A DNA stretch of 64,000 nucleotides, from contig JAFSVF010000007.1 of assembly GCA_017450205.1 (NCBI GenBank), forward strand, positions 44,060 to 108,059, given 5' to 3'. This document shows, piece by piece, positions 1 to 11,193 of the stretch. This DNA comes from Bacilli bacterium (GTDB taxonomy: Bacteria > Bacillota_I > Bacilli_A > RF39 > UBA660). A program made the position numbers and the translations under genes. Each line of letters begins with the position of its first letter. The first letter of the stretch is position 1. The notes beneath the pieces were generated by a model. The model ran no database searches. It worked only from the letters and a program-made list of their open reading frames with translations, and had not been told where the DNA came from.

Positions 1-87
1 GATGACGATTATTCAATCGAAGACGAAGAACCAAGCGAAGAAGACTTACTTGAAATGGAAGAAGACTTTGAAGGAGGGGAAGAATAA
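1..87 (+). CDS. rpoB: RNA polymerase beta subunit, 3' end (partial)
   Basis: In-frame acidic tail ([28 protein letters not shown]) ends at TAA 85-87 and overlaps the rpoC ATG by 1 nt. The rpoB-rpoC order is conserved. Confidence 0.6.
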   Translation, partial: DDDYSIEDEEPSEEDLLEMEEDFEGGEE

Positions 88-3000
88 TGATAGACGTTAA
101 TAACATTAAAGGTATTAAAATTAGCATTGCTAGCCCTGAAAAAATTAGAGAATGGTCTTATGGTGAAGTAACTAAACCAGAAACTATTAACTATAGAACT
201 TTAAAGCCTGAAAGAGATGGTTTATTCTGTGAAAAGATTTTTGGACCATCAAAAGATTACGAATGTTCTTGTGGTAAATACAAGAGATTAAGATATAAAA
301 ATGTTGTATGTGATAGATGTGGAGTTGAAGTTACTTCCTCAGCTGTTCGTAGAGAACGTATGGGACATATTGAACTTGCTTCTCCATGTTCACATATTTG
401 GTTCTTTAAGGGTGTTCCATCAAAGATGGGTCTTACTCTTGATATGTCTCCAAGAGACCTAGAAGAAGTACTATATTTCGTAAGTTATGTAGTAATTGAT
501 CCAGGAACTGCTCCTTTAGAATTTAAACAAATCCTTTCTGATAAAGAATATAGAGCTTATTATGAAAAATATGGCGATACATTCAAAGTTGGAATGGGTG
601 CTGAAGCTATTAAGACATTACTTTCAATGGTTGATGTTAAAGGTGAAATCGAAACATTAAGAAAAGAATTGGAAACTGCTAACGGACAAAAGAGAGTAAG
701 ACTAATCAAGAGACTTGACTGCTTAGTAGCATTTGAAGAATCAGGAAATAAACCTGAATGGATGATTTTAGACTGTATTCCAGTTATTCCACCAGATTTA
801 AGACCAATGATTCAACTTGATGGTGGTAGATTTGCTACTTCTGACCTTAATGATTTATATAGAAGAATCATTAACAGAAATAACAGACTTAAGAAATTAC
901 TTGAACTTGGAGCACCTTCAATTATCGTTCAAAACGAAAAGAGAATGCTTCAAGAAGCTGTTGATACATTATTTGATAATGGTAGAAGAGGTAGAAGTAT
1001 TACTAATGCTTCATCTAGACCATTAAAATCATTATCATCAATGTTAAAAGGTAAACAAGGACGTTTCAGACAAAACTTACTTGGTAAACGTGTTGACTAT
1101 TCAGGACGTTCAGTTATCGCAGTTGGTCCATCACTTAAGATGTATCAATGTGGTTTACCTAAAGAAATGGCTGTTGAGTTATTTAAGCCACATGTAATTA
1201 ATGGATTAGTTGAAAAAGGACTTGCTCATAATATTAAAGGAGCTAAGAAACTTATCGACAATAGAGATGATTGTATTTGGGATATTGTAGAGGAAGTTAT
1301 TGTTGAACATCCTGTACTATTAAACCGTGCACCAACTCTACATAGATTAGGTATTCAAGCATTTGAACCTAAAATTGTTCCAGGAAAAGCAATTAGATTA
1401 CATCCACTTGTTTGTACTGGATTTAACGCTGACTTCGATGGTGACCAAATGGCTATCCATGTACCACTTTCTGAAGAAGCAAAAGCTGAAGCAAGAATTT
1501 TAATGTTATCTTCTAACAACATTCTTTCACCAGCAAATGGAAAACCAATCGTTACTCCAGGACAAGATATGGTATTAGGTAACTACTACATTACTATGGA
1601 AATGGGTAGAAAAGCTAAGACTGTAGTTATTGCTAAAGGTGAAAAACTAAGTACTGATGTTAAAGATTATATTAAACACATTGATAGAGATGAAACTCTA
1701 GATATCTTAGCAGAAAGCTTAGAAATGAACTTTAAAGATGTTGATACTAAGACTGAAGGAACTTATACATATGAAATCGTATTTAAAGATACTAAAGATG
1801 TATATTTAACTCAAACTGTTGAAGTAGTAGCAACTGAATCAGCTAAAAAAGCAAGAATTGAAGATTTAGAAAAATATAATTACATTGAAGATGGACATAA
1901 GAAACCTTATGGTACTTCTGAAGGTAAAGTATTTAAGAATTCTAATGAAGCATTAATGGCTTATGAAAGAAGAGAAATTGATTTACAAACTAGAATTGCT
2001 ATTCCAGTTAGATCATTTACTCATAAATTATTCCTAGATGATGTAATGGATAAATATCTTGTTACAACAGTAGGTAAATTAAAATTCAATGAAATCTTCC
2101 CAGATTCATTCCAATACTTAAATGAACCAGGAAAAGATAATATTGAAGGAATTACTCCAATGAAGTATTTCTTAGAAATGGGAACTAATATTCCAGTTGC
2201 TATCGCTAAGATGCCTTTAACTGAAGCTTTCATTAAGAAAGACTTAAAGAACTCAATTGGAGAAGTTTACAAGAGATATAAAACAACTGAAACTTCAGTA
2301 ATGCTAGATAAACTTAAAGACACAGGATTTAAGTATTCTACAATTGCTGGTATTACATTCTCAATGAATGATATTACTCCTGCAACTAAGAAGGAAGGCA
2401 TTATTGCTGAAGGACAAGAGAAAGTTGATAAGATTAATAAACAATTTAAACGTGGTCTTATTACTGAAGAAGAAAGATATACATCAGTTTGTGACGTTTG
2501 GGCTAAAGTTACTAACGAAGTTCATGGTGAGTTTGCTGAATTATCTGATAAACTTGCAAATGAAAACCCAATCTTCATGATGATGAAATCTGGTGCCCGT
2601 GGTTCTGTTAACCAATTCGGACAAATGGCTGGTATGCGTGGTTTGATGGCTAAACCAGACGGTTCTACAGTAGAAATTCCTATTACTTCATCCCTTGTTG
2701 ATGGATTAACAGTTAATGAATACTTCTTAAATACACACGGAACTCGTAAAGGTAATGCCGATAAAGCGTTAAGAACAGCAGACTCTGGTTACTTAACAAG
2801 ACGTCTTGTTGATGTAGCTCAAGATATTATTATTCATGATGACGATTGTCATTGTTTATCTGGATTAGTAGTAACTGACCTTATTGATGAAAAAGATGGT
2901 TCAGTTATTGAATCTCTATCTGAAAGAATTACAGGAAGATATGCTGCTAAGAAAATTATTAATCCAGAAACTAAAGATGTTATTTGTGAAAAAGATGAAT

Positions 3001-4064
3001 ACATTACTCCAAGTATTGCTAAGAAGATTAAGAAAGCTGGAATTACTTCAGTAGAAATCAGATCAGCAATTACTTGTCAATCAAGAGATGGTATTTGTCG
3101 TAAATGTTACGGTGAAAACCCAGCTACAGGAAATATCGTTGAAAATGGTGAAGCTGTTGGTGTAATGGCTGCACAATCAATCGGTGAACCTGGTACACAA
3201 TTAACAATGAGAACATTCCACTCTGGTGGTGTTGCCGGAGCAGACGATATTACTCAAGGTCTTCCAAGAGTAGTAGAATTATTTGAAGCTCGTAATCCAA
3301 AAGGTAAAGCTACAATCTCTGAAGTTACTGGTGAAGTTACTAAGATTGAAAATGCTAACGGAAAATGGAAAGTTACAGTTGAAAATGATTCAGTATCTAA
3401 AGAACATACAACATTATATGATGCTAAATTAAGAGTAGAAGTTGGAGACAAAGTTTCTGCTGGAGATAAACTTACTGAAGGTACTATTTCTCCAAAAGAA
3501 TTACTTGATGTAACAGATAGAGTTACAACTCTTAACTACATTCTTAAGGAAGTTCAAAAAGTTTATAAATCACAAGGTGTTGATATCTCAGATAAACATA
3601 TCGAAATTATCTCATCTCGTATGATTAATAGAGTTAAAGTTGTAGATGCAGGAGATTCTTCATTAGTTGAAGGATTAACAGTATCAATAAATGAATTCAA
3701 TGATGCTAATAAACCTGTAATTATGACTGGTGGAGTACCTGCTAATGCAAGACCAATAATCCTTGGTATTACTAAGAGTGCTCTTGAAACTGGTTCATTC
3801 CTTTCTGCAGCATCATTCCAAGAAACTACAAGAGTATTAACTGATGCTTCTATTAGAGGTAAAGTTGACCAACTTAAGGGTCTTAAGGAAAATGTTATTC
3901 TTGGTAAACTAATACCAGCTGGTACTGGTTTCAGAGAATATAACAATGTTGGAATCGAATTAGAACATGAATTCTTAAACGATGACGCTTCTGAAGTTTT
4001 AGAAAATGAATTCTTAAACGATGATGAAGAATCAGAATTAGAAGTTGTTGACACTGAAGAATAA
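87..4064 (+). CDS. rpoC: DNA-directed RNA polymerase subunit beta'
   Basis: 1325 aa. Zn-finger CSCGKYK...CDRCGVEV, catalytic NADFDGD motif, conserved trigger-loop and bridge regions. Carries a lineage-specific insertion and a duplicated EFLNDD C-terminal motif. Confidence 0.97.
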   Translation: MIDVNNIKGIKISIASPEKIREWSYGEVTKPETINYRTLKPERDGLFCEKIFGPSKDYECSCGKYKRLRYKNVVCDRCGVEVTSSAVRRERMGHIELASPCSHIWFFKGVPSKMGLTLDMSPRDLEEVLYFVSYVVIDPGTAPLEFKQILSDKEYRAYYEKYGDTFKVGMGAEAIKTLLSMVDVKGEIETLRKELETANGQKRVRLIKRLDCLVAFEESGNKPEWMILDCIPVIPPDLRPMIQLDGGRFATSDLNDLYRRIINRNNRLKKLLELGAPSIIVQNEKRMLQEAVDTLFDNGRRGRSITNASSRPLKSLSSMLKGKQGRFRQNLLGKRVDYSGRSVIAVGPSLKMYQCGLPKEMAVELFKPHVINGLVEKGLAHNIKGAKKLIDNRDDCIWDIVEEVIVEHPVLLNRAPTLHRLGIQAFEPKIVPGKAIRLHPLVCTGFNADFDGDQMAIHVPLSEEAKAEARILMLSSNNILSPANGKPIVTPGQDMVLGNYYITMEMGRKAKTVVIAKGEKLSTDVKDYIKHIDRDETLDILAESLEMNFKDVDTKTEGTYTYEIVFKDTKDVYLTQTVEVVATESAKKARIEDLEKYNYIEDGHKKPYGTSEGKVFKNSNEALMAYERREIDLQTRIAIPVRSFTHKLFLDDVMDKYLVTTVGKLKFNEIFPDSFQYLNEPGKDNIEGITPMKYFLEMGTNIPVAIAKMPLTEAFIKKDLKNSIGEVYKRYKTTETSVMLDKLKDTGFKYSTIAGITFSMNDITPATKKEGIIAEGQEKVDKINKQFKRGLITEEERYTSVCDVWAKVTNEVHGEFAELSDKLANENPIFMMMKSGARGSVNQFGQMAGMRGLMAKPDGSTVEIPITSSLVDGLTVNEYFLNTHGTRKGNADKALRTADSGYLTRRLVDVAQDIIIHDDDCHCLSGLVVTDLIDEKDGSVIESLSERITGRYAAKKIINPETKDVICEKDEYITPSIAKKIKKAGITSVEIRSAITCQSRDGICRKCYGENPATGNIVENGEAVGVMAAQSIGEPGTQLTMRTFHSGGVAGADDITQGLPRVVELFEARNPKGKATISEVTGEVTKIENANGKWKVTVENDSVSKEHTTLYDAKLRVEVGDKVSAGDKLTEGTISPKELLDVTDRVTTLNYILKEVQKVYKSQGVDISDKHIEIISSRMINRVKVVDAGDSSLVEGLTVSINEFNDANKPVIMTGGVPANARPIILGITKSALETGSFLSAASFQETTRVLTDASIRGKVDQLKGLKENVILGKLIPAGTGFREYNNVGIELEHEFLNDDASEVLENEFLNDDEESELEVVDTEE

Positions 4065-4071
4065 TAAATAA

Positions 4072-4102
4072 AAACCTTTAAAGCAATTTAAAGGTTTTTT
4101 TA
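4072..4102 (+). terminator. rho-independent terminator after rpoC
   Basis: aaaccttta / aaaggttt stem followed by a T-run. Confidence 0.6.
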
Positions 4103-4130
4103 TGTGTGTTATACTTATTATGGTGATAAT

Positions 4131-5039
4131 ATGAATAAAGTAGTTATTATTGGATGTGGAAATGTTGGATTAAGTTATGCATATTCACTTTTAAATCAAG
4201 ATAATGCAGTTGAAGAATTAGTATTAATTGATTTAGATATGGAAAAGATCGAAGGAGAAGTAATGGATTTAAATCATTGTCTTCCATTTGCACCTAATAA
4301 AATGAAAATAAAAGCAGGTAGTTATTCAGATTGTAAAGATGCTAGCATCGTAGCAATCTCAGCAGGTGCAAACCAAGCTCCTGGTGAAACAAGAATGGAT
4401 CTAATAAATAAAAACTCTAAGATATTTAAATCAATTGTTACTGAAGTAATGAAATCAGGATTTGATGGTATTTTCTTAGTAGCTACTAATCCACTTGACG
4501 TTATGACACATCTTACATATAAATATTCTAAAATGAGTTCTAATAAAGTAATTGGGACAGGTACTACACTTGATAGTGCAAGGTTACGTTATTTAATCGG
4601 AGAAAAACTTCATATTAGTAATAAATGTATTCATGGTTATGTAATTGGAGAACATGGTGATTCAGAATTTGTTCCTTGGAGTACTTTAAATATCGGACCA
4701 CAAAATATAAGTAAGTATTTAAATAAATCAGAGATGAATGAAATCGAAGAACGTGTAAGAACCGCTGCTTATGAAATTATAAATAAAAAAGGATTTACTA
4801 ATTTTGGAATTGGTGTAAGTATGGTAAGAATTACTAATGCTATCCTTAATGATGAACATGGTATCCTTGCAGTTTCAACTTATGATAAGAAACATGATAT
4901 TTATATAAGTTATCCTGCAATTATTGGAAGAAATGGTGTTGAAGATAATATTGCAATTAATCTTACTCAAAGAGAAACAGCTAAATTCAATGCATCAATT
5001 AAAGTAATAAAGAATGCAATTAAATCAATTAAGGAATAA
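4131..5039 (+). CDS. ldh: L-lactate dehydrogenase
   Basis: N-terminal Rossmann motif VVIIGCGNVGLSYAY and the L-LDH signature VIGEHGDSEFVPWS. The likely ATG at 4131 lies downstream of the GTG that opens the ORF track entry. Confidence 0.88.
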   Translation: MNKVVIIGCGNVGLSYAYSLLNQDNAVEELVLIDLDMEKIEGEVMDLNHCLPFAPNKMKIKAGSYSDCKDASIVAISAGANQAPGETRMDLINKNSKIFKSIVTEVMKSGFDGIFLVATNPLDVMTHLTYKYSKMSSNKVIGTGTTLDSARLRYLIGEKLHISNKCIHGYVIGEHGDSEFVPWSTLNIGPQNISKYLNKSEMNEIEERVRTAAYEIINKKGFTNFGIGVSMVRITNAILNDEHGILAVSTYDKKHDIYISYPAIIGRNGVEDNIAINLTQRETAKFNASIKVIKNAIKSIKE

Positions 5040-5042
5040 TGT

Positions 5043-5071
5043 TTGACACATTATTCTTTTTATTTTAAAAT
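5043..5071 (+). promoter_or_regulatory. putative sigma-A promoter
   Basis: TTGACA, 17-nt spacer, TAAAAT, upstream of the COG0523 gene. Confidence 0.35.
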
Positions 5072-5097
5072 TAGTTTTGTTGAAAGGAAGTGTTGTT

Positions 5098-6216
5098 ATG
5101 AATAAAGGAACTCCAGTCTTAGTTATTACTGGTTATTTAGGTTCTGGTAAAACAACTTTAATTAATAATATTTTAAAACAAAATAAGGAAAAGAAAATTG
5201 CACTAATAGTTAATGATATTGGTGAAGTAAATATAGATGAAGAATTAGTATTAAAATCAGGTTATATAAAACAAGAAGATAAAGGTGATGTAGTACCTCT
5301 ATCTAACGGATGTATTTGTTGTACATTAAAAGAAGATTTAATGAAACAACTTACATCACTAGCAACTAATAAAGATTTTGATTATATAATCATCGAAGCA
5401 AGTGGTATTTGTGAACCACTTCCAATTGCTCAAACTATTTCTATTATGGAACAAACTACTGAATCCTATGGATTACCAAAAGTATGTTACTTAGATAATG
5501 TTTTAACTGTCGTAGATGCTAAAAGACTTGTAAGTGAATTCAATGCCGGCGATGCATTAATTAATAGTGAACATGATGATGAAGATTTAGAAAAACTTTT
5601 AATTGAACAAATTGAATTCTGTAATCAAATTATTATCAATAAAGTAAGTGATGTATCTTCTGAAGAATTAGATACAGTTAAAAGTGTAATTAAAGCACTT
5701 AATCCAACTGCTGAAGTTATTGAAACTGATTATTCAAAAGTAGAAAATGATATTATTCTTGATACTAATAACTTTGATTTAGAAGAGGTTCAAACATCAG
5801 CTGGATGGGTTGAGGCAATGGAACATCCTGAAGAACATGAAGATGGTGAAGCTTATGAATATGGAATTAATACTTTTGTTTTCTATAATAGAAAACCATT
5901 CAAACTAGAAGCTTTCCAAGATGTAATTGAAAAGTATTCAGATAAAATAATCAGAGCAAAAGGATTCCTTTGGACTGAAGAAACTGATTCAGAGACAATT
6001 ATCTTTGAAAAGATTGGTAAAGATAAATCACTAAGATCAATCGGAGCATGGATTATTGATATGCCAAAGAATGAACAAGAACAAATCTTAAAATATAATC
6101 CAGATGTAAAAGCTGCATGGGATCCTGAACTTGGAGATAAAATGAATAAGATAGTCTTTATTGGTAGAAATATGGATAAAGATGAAATTATTGCAGATTT
6201 AGAAAATTGTCTATAG
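5098..6216 (+). CDS. COG0523-family (CobW/YjiA/ZigA-like) GTPase metallochaperone
   Basis: Walker A GYLGSGKTT, a CICC metal-binding motif and a CobW C-terminal domain. RBS gaaaggaag precedes the ATG at 5098. Confidence 0.85.
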   Translation: MNKGTPVLVITGYLGSGKTTLINNILKQNKEKKIALIVNDIGEVNIDEELVLKSGYIKQEDKGDVVPLSNGCICCTLKEDLMKQLTSLATNKDFDYIIIEASGICEPLPIAQTISIMEQTTESYGLPKVCYLDNVLTVVDAKRLVSEFNAGDALINSEHDDEDLEKLLIEQIEFCNQIIINKVSDVSSEELDTVKSVIKALNPTAEVIETDYSKVENDIILDTNNFDLEEVQTSAGWVEAMEHPEEHEDGEAYEYGINTFVFYNRKPFKLEAFQDVIEKYSDKIIRAKGFLWTEETDSETIIFEKIGKDKSLRSIGAWIIDMPKNEQEQILKYNPDVKAAWDPELGDKMNKIVFIGRNMDKDEIIADLENCL

Positions 6217-6406
6217 TCAAACGGTTATATAGCGTATTTTTCTTGATTATTGAAACTATAATTTATATATTTAGTATGAAACGAAATGAGGGTGTGAATA
6301 TATACTCTCATTTTTTGTTTTTAGAAGGGAGGAATTAATTATTGATTTAGAAATAAGGGATATTGATTTACAAAGTATTATTTTTGAAATTAGGGGAGTT
6401 TATGTT

Positions 6407-7192
6407 ATGTTATCTTCTGATGTTGCAAAGATATATCATGTAGAAACTAAAGTTTTGAATCAAACAATAAAAAGAAATATAAATCGTTTCCCAGAGACTT
6501 TTTGTTTTCAATTGACTAATGATGAATTAAAAAATCTATCTTCAAGGTCACAAATTGTGACCTTGAACAAAAGTAATAATTCAAGAGGATATAATATAAA
6601 GTACATGCCATATGTTTTGACTGAACAGGGTATCATGATGCTTTCTGGTTTGTTAAAAAGTGAAATTGCTGTGCAAGTAAATGTTCAAATCATTGAAGCT
6701 TTTTGTTTAATGAAAAAATATTTTAATGATGACGCTTTAGTATCAAATCACGAAATGAGAATACAAAAGTTAGAAAAAGTATTTAATAATTATTTAGTTG
6801 AAACCAAATGCAATAAGATATTTTTTGAAGGGCAAATATATGACTCATATTCTATATTACTAGAAATATTTAATAAAAGTAGTAATGAAATAATTATTAT
6901 AGATAATTATTTTTCAAAAGATTTATTAGATATATTAAGAAAACTGGAAAAGAAAATAATAATTGTTTCTAAAAATTTTGATAATGAATTAATTAAGAAA
7001 TATAATTCACAATATGAGAATATAGTATTTTTAAACAATAACTCTTTTCATGATAGATTTATAATAATAGATAGAAAAATTGTTTATTCGTGTGGAGCAT
7101 CATTTAAAGATTTAGGTAAAAAATGTTTTGCAATTAATGAGTTTAATGATAAAGAATATCTTAATAAAATTCTTTCTATCATAAATGTATAG
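6407..7192 (+). CDS. ORF6N (KilA-N-like) DNA-binding domain protein with unknown C-terminal domain
   Basis: The N-terminal roughly 110 aa match the ORF6N pattern (SDVAKIYHVETKVLNQ...RFPETFCFQLT...LTEQGIMMLS). Confidence 0.55.
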   Translation: MLSSDVAKIYHVETKVLNQTIKRNINRFPETFCFQLTNDELKNLSSRSQIVTLNKSNNSRGYNIKYMPYVLTEQGIMMLSGLLKSEIAVQVNVQIIEAFCLMKKYFNDDALVSNHEMRIQKLEKVFNNYLVETKCNKIFFEGQIYDSYSILLEIFNKSSNEIIIIDNYFSKDLLDILRKLEKKIIIVSKNFDNELIKKYNSQYENIVFLNNNSFHDRFIIIDRKIVYSCGASFKDLGKKCFAINEFNDKEYLNKILSIINV

Positions 7193-7198
7193 TTTTAT

Positions 7199-7232
7199 AA
7201 ATGCACTTTAATGTGCATTTTTTTTATTCTAT
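7199..7232 (+). terminator. rho-independent terminator
   Basis: aatgcac / gtgcatt stem followed by T8. Confidence 0.5.
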
Positions 7233-7255
7233 AATTAAGGTAAGGTAGTGATAAT

Positions 7256-8209
7256 ATGCTTGAAGAATTAAAAAAGATAGAATTGCATTGTCATTTAGAT
7301 GGTTCAGTTAGACCTTCAACTGTTTCAGAAATACTAAATATGCCACTTGAAGAAGCAGAAAAACAAATGTGTTTTAAAGAAACTAAAAAAGATTTAAATG
7401 AATATTTATCTAAATTTGATTTACCATTAAGTATTATGCAAGATAAGAGTGGATTAATTAGAGTTTCCAAGGAATTAGCAGAAGATATGAAAAAAGAAAA
7501 TATTATTTATGCTGAAGTACGTTATTCACCTCATAAATCAACTTTAAAAGGTCTTTCACTAGAAGAAGTCGTAGATGCAACACTTGAAGGATTTAATAAA
7601 GTAGAAGGTATAAAAATAAATATTATTTTATGTATGATGAGAAACTTTGATTATAATACTAATTTAGAAGTTATTGATCTTGCTGAAAAATATTTAGGTA
7701 AAGGAGTATGTGCAATTGATTTAGCAGGTGCAGAAGGATTATATCCTACTTATACATTCGAAGATTTATTTATAGAAGCAAGAAAAAGAAATATTCCATT
7801 TACTATTCATGCTGGAGAAGCAGATGGAGTGGATTCAATAAAGAGTGCAATTGAATTTGGAACTAAAAGATTAGGACATGGAGTAAAATCAGTAGAAGAT
7901 TCATCTCTAGTAGAATATACATGCAATAATCACATATTATATGAAGTGTGTCCTACTAGTAATATTCAAACAGGAGCATCTTTTTCATATGATGAACATC
8001 AATTAAAGACTCTTTTCAAAGAAAAATGTGATGTATGTATAAATACAGATAATCGTACAGTTTCTAATACTACATTAACTAATGAAATTAAGATAATGAT
8101 GTCTCACCAGGGATTTACAATTAACAATATAAGGTATATGTTTAGATGTGCACTTAAACATGCTTTTATAAGTGAAAAAGAGTACAAAGAATATATCAAA
8201 AAAATCTAA
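7256..8209 (+). CDS. add: adenosine deaminase
   Basis: HCHLDGS metal-binding motif, HAGE motif, TIM-barrel deaminase pattern. Confidence 0.9.
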   Translation: MLEELKKIELHCHLDGSVRPSTVSEILNMPLEEAEKQMCFKETKKDLNEYLSKFDLPLSIMQDKSGLIRVSKELAEDMKKENIIYAEVRYSPHKSTLKGLSLEEVVDATLEGFNKVEGIKINIILCMMRNFDYNTNLEVIDLAEKYLGKGVCAIDLAGAEGLYPTYTFEDLFIEARKRNIPFTIHAGEADGVDSIKSAIEFGTKRLGHGVKSVEDSSLVEYTCNNHILYEVCPTSNIQTGASFSYDEHQLKTLFKEKCDVCINTDNRTVSNTTLTNEIKIMMSHQGFTINNIRYMFRCALKHAFISEKEYKEYIKKI

Positions 8210-8217
8210 TAATAAGT

Positions 8218-8246
8218 TTGCAAAAAGCTTCTATTTGTGGTATATT
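8218..8246 (+). promoter_or_regulatory. putative sigma-A promoter for pyk
   Basis: TTGCAA, 17-nt spacer, TATATT. Confidence 0.4.
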
Positions 8247-8287
8247 TATACCTGTTTGCGTTTGCAATTTCAAGGAAGGAAAATATT

Positions 8288-9697
8288 ATGAAAAAGACTA
8301 AAATTGTAACAAGTATTGGTCCAGCTAGTAACACTGTTGAAGTATTTACTAAAATGGTTGAAGCTGGTGCAAATGTAGCAAGAATTAACTTTTCTCATGC
8401 TACTATTGAAGAAAGAGAACAAGCTGTTTCTACAGTAAAAAAAGTTAGAGAAATTACAGGAAAAAATATCTCAATTCTTTATGATACAAAAGGACCTGAA
8501 TTCCGTTCTGGTGTAGCTCAAGAAGAAGGTATTAAATTAGTTGCTGGTAACACTATAAAATTAGTTAAAGAAGATGTTATCGGAACTGAAGAACAATTAA
8601 CATTTAACCATAAGACTGCAATTGATGCTTTAGAAGTAGGTAATATCGTATTACTTGAAAATGGTTTAATGAAAATTGAAGTTATTGAAAAACATGATGA
8701 CTATGTTGTATGTAAAGTAATTAATGGTGGAGTATTATACTCTAAGAAGAGTTGTGCTGTTCCAGGTGTTGACTTACATATTCCATTTATTTCAGACATT
8801 GATAGAGAAGACATTATCTATGCTTGTCAACATGAAGGAGATTACTTAGCTGCTTCATTTGTACAAACTGCTGCTGATGTATTAGCTATCAGAGAAATCT
8901 TAAAAGAACAAAATAGAGAAGATATGAAAATTATCGCTAAGATTGAATCTCAAATGGGTATGAATAACTTAGAAGCAATTGCTGAAGTTGCTGATGGTTT
9001 AATGGTTGCTCGTGGAGACTTAGGTGTAGAAGTTCCATTTGAAGATCTTCCTATTTGTCAAAAGAGAATTGTTAAAACTTGTAGAGCTCATAAAAAGATT
9101 TGTATCGTTGCTACAGAAATGTTAGAATCAATGAAACATAATCCAAGACCTACAAGAGCTGAAGTAACAGACGTTGCTAACGCTGTATGGAATGGTACTG
9201 ATGCAGTTATGTTATCAGGAGAAACAACTACTGGAGATTATGTTGTTGAAACAGTTGCTTCAATGGCAAGAATTTGTGAACATATCGAAGGTTCAATTGA
9301 ATACAAAAACATTTTCGCAGATAAAAAAGTTGAAACTGCAACAGATGCTATTATGAAATCAGTAGCAGAAGCTGCTAACTCATTAGGAGCTAAATTAATC
9401 GTAGTTCCTTCAGTATCAGGTAAAAGTGCTAGATTAATTTCTAACCTTGAACCAAGTTGTCCAATCCTTGCTTTAGTAGGGGATGAAGAAACTGCTAACT
9501 TACTTGCATTAAACTATGGTGTTTATGCTAAAGTATGTGATATTAAAAATGACATGGATGAACTTGTTGATTTATCTATCGAAGAAGCTAAAAAATTTAT
9601 GGATTTAAATACTGGTGATAACGTAATCGTTACTGGTGGATTAGTTGCTGGTAAGATTGGTTTCACAAACCTTATGAAAATTGAAACAATTAAATAA
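8288..9697 (+). CDS. pyk: pyruvate kinase
   Basis: MKKTKIVTSIGPAS...ARINFSHA N-terminus and the canonical PK barrel and C-terminal domains. RBS aggaagg precedes the ATG at 8288. Confidence 0.95.
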   Translation: MKKTKIVTSIGPASNTVEVFTKMVEAGANVARINFSHATIEEREQAVSTVKKVREITGKNISILYDTKGPEFRSGVAQEEGIKLVAGNTIKLVKEDVIGTEEQLTFNHKTAIDALEVGNIVLLENGLMKIEVIEKHDDYVVCKVINGGVLYSKKSCAVPGVDLHIPFISDIDREDIIYACQHEGDYLAASFVQTAADVLAIREILKEQNREDMKIIAKIESQMGMNNLEAIAEVADGLMVARGDLGVEVPFEDLPICQKRIVKTCRAHKKICIVATEMLESMKHNPRPTRAEVTDVANAVWNGTDAVMLSGETTTGDYVVETVASMARICEHIEGSIEYKNIFADKKVETATDAIMKSVAEAANSLGAKLIVVPSVSGKSARLISNLEPSCPILALVGDEETANLLALNYGVYAKVCDIKNDMDELVDLSIEEAKKFMDLNTGDNVIVTGGLVAGKIGFTNLMKIETIK

Positions 9698-9708
9698 TTT
9701 TTAAATAA

Positions 9709-9737
9709 AAATAGACTTCATTTATATGAAGTCTTTT
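9709..9737. terminator. bidirectional terminator between pyk and the minus-strand kinases
   Basis: agacttcat / atgaagtct stem flanked by A- and T-runs. Confidence 0.55.
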
Positions 9738-9768
9738 TGTTTAACATTTAAATAATTTATAAAAAATA

Positions 9769-11193
9769 TTACCTTGTTTTAGTAGGTATTGTTACAGTAA
9801 ATGTAGATCCACTTCCATAAATACTTTCTACTGTAATTGTACCATTTAATAAATCAACTAATTTTTTTGTGATTGATAAACCTAAACCAGTACCAACTAT
9901 ATTCGAATTTTTCTCATCAGTTTGTTTAGCAAAATTAGTAAATAGAGTAATTAATGTTTCATTCTTAATACCAATACCAGTATCAGATATTTTTATTCTT
10001 AAATTATAAGTTTCATAATCTACTTGATCAACAGAAAGGTAAGTAGAAATTTTACCTGTTTCAGTATATTTAATAGCATTATTTAATAAATTACGTACAA
10101 TCTTTCTAATATGTTTTTCATCACCAATTAATTCTTCAGGTATTGAATCATCAAATATAAATTCAAATTCTAGATTCTTATTTGAGTTTCTTGATTTTTC
10201 ACTATTAATAACATCTTCGATAGTACTAATAGGATTAAATGGAGCTTCGTATATTTTAATTTCTTTGTTCTCTAACTTATTTATATCTAGAATATTACCA
10301 ACTATTTCATTTAAATTCTTAGAAGCAGGAAGTAAATATTCAATATCATCTAATACATCTTCATCTTTTATTTCATTTTTCATTGAATAAATTTCTTTAG
10401 ATAAAGCTACTATATTATTAAGTGGTTCTGCTAATTCTTCATTCATTGAATTTAAGAAATCTGATTTAGCTCTTAGAGCTTTTTCAGTTTCTTCTTTATT
10501 TCTATTAAGTTCATTTATATATTTTAAATCTGGATTCTCCATTTTAAAGTAAACTATATAAACAAATAAGAATTCAATTATAGAAATAATATGTACATCA
10601 CTAGTAGTCATAGTAAGTACAAGTACAGTACTTCCTAAGAACATAATAGCAATTATTTGAAGTATTCTATTAGTTTCTACTCTTGATCTATATTTAATAG
10701 TTAAATATATCCAGAATATAATATTCATAAAATAGAAGAAAGATACATATATTGCACCTAAACCATTAAATTCACAATTCTTTAAATTAACAGGTAATAA
10801 CATAACTATAATTACACTACTAATTTCCATAATCATATGTTTCTTATATTTTAAATCAAAGAATATTTTATTTCTAAAGTTTTCTCCTAAATGAAGTAAA
10901 ACTGATATATATAAACTAACATAAACTATATATACTATCGTAGAAGCATTATAAATTCTCATAAGTATTTGAGGTATAAAATTAGTTATTTTAAAAGTAT
11001 CTACTAAAACCATAACTATAGTAATAATAACAGTACTAAAAAATGATAAACCAAGTAGAGTATTATATACTTTAATAGTTTCTGAAGTATTTTTATTTTT
11101 AATATTAAATGTAACATATAATCCTAAACTAAATAATATAATAGGAATATAAATAGCAATATAATGAGAAGGACTTAAATAGTAATGAATCAT
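9769..11193 (-). CDS. sensor histidine kinase paralog lacking the phospho-acceptor His (degenerate H-box)
   Basis: Multi-TM N-terminus. The H-box reads SMNEELAEPLN instead of SMSHEIRTPLN (His to Glu). The N, G1 (DTGIGI) and G2 (GTGLGLSI) ATP-binding motifs are intact. Confidence 0.8.
   Translation of the reverse strand: MIHYYLSPSHYIAIYIPIILFSLGLYVTFNIKNKNTSETIKVYNTLLGLSFFSTVIITIVMVLVDTFKITNFIPQILMRIYNASTIVYIVYVSLYISVLLHLGENFRNKIFFDLKYKKHMIMEISSVIIVMLLPVNLKNCEFNGLGAIYVSFFYFMNIIFWIYLTIKYRSRVETNRILQIIAIMFLGSTVLVLTMTTSDVHIISIIEFLFVYIVYFKMENPDLKYINELNRNKEETEKALRAKSDFLNSMNEELAEPLNNIVALSKEIYSMKNEIKDEDVLDDIEYLLPASKNLNEIVGNILDINKLENKEIKIYEAPFNPISTIEDVINSEKSRNSNKNLEFEFIFDDSIPEELIGDEKHIRKIVRNLLNNAIKYTETGKISTYLSVDQVDYETYNLRIKISDTGIGIKNETLITLFTNFAKQTDEKNSNIVGTGLGLSITKKLVDLLNGTITVESIYGSGSTFTVTIPTKTR

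Noticed and set aside
817-4054. Five short ORFs inside rpoC in the supplied track (817-1026+, 2021-2233-, 2368-2580+, 3254-3451-, 3563-4054-)
   Set aside because: They lie entirely within the strongly supported rpoC frame, have no RBS and have biased low-complexity translations. They are overlapping-frame artefacts.
4104-4130. GTG start at 4104 for ldh (the ORF-track start), and analogous upstream GTG/TTG starts for genes at 5077, 8237, 28035, 28782, 36645, 38683, 54919, 61498 and 62171
   Set aside because: In each case a downstream ATG (a GTG for engB) is better spaced from a Shine-Dalgarno sequence and matches the conserved family N-terminus.
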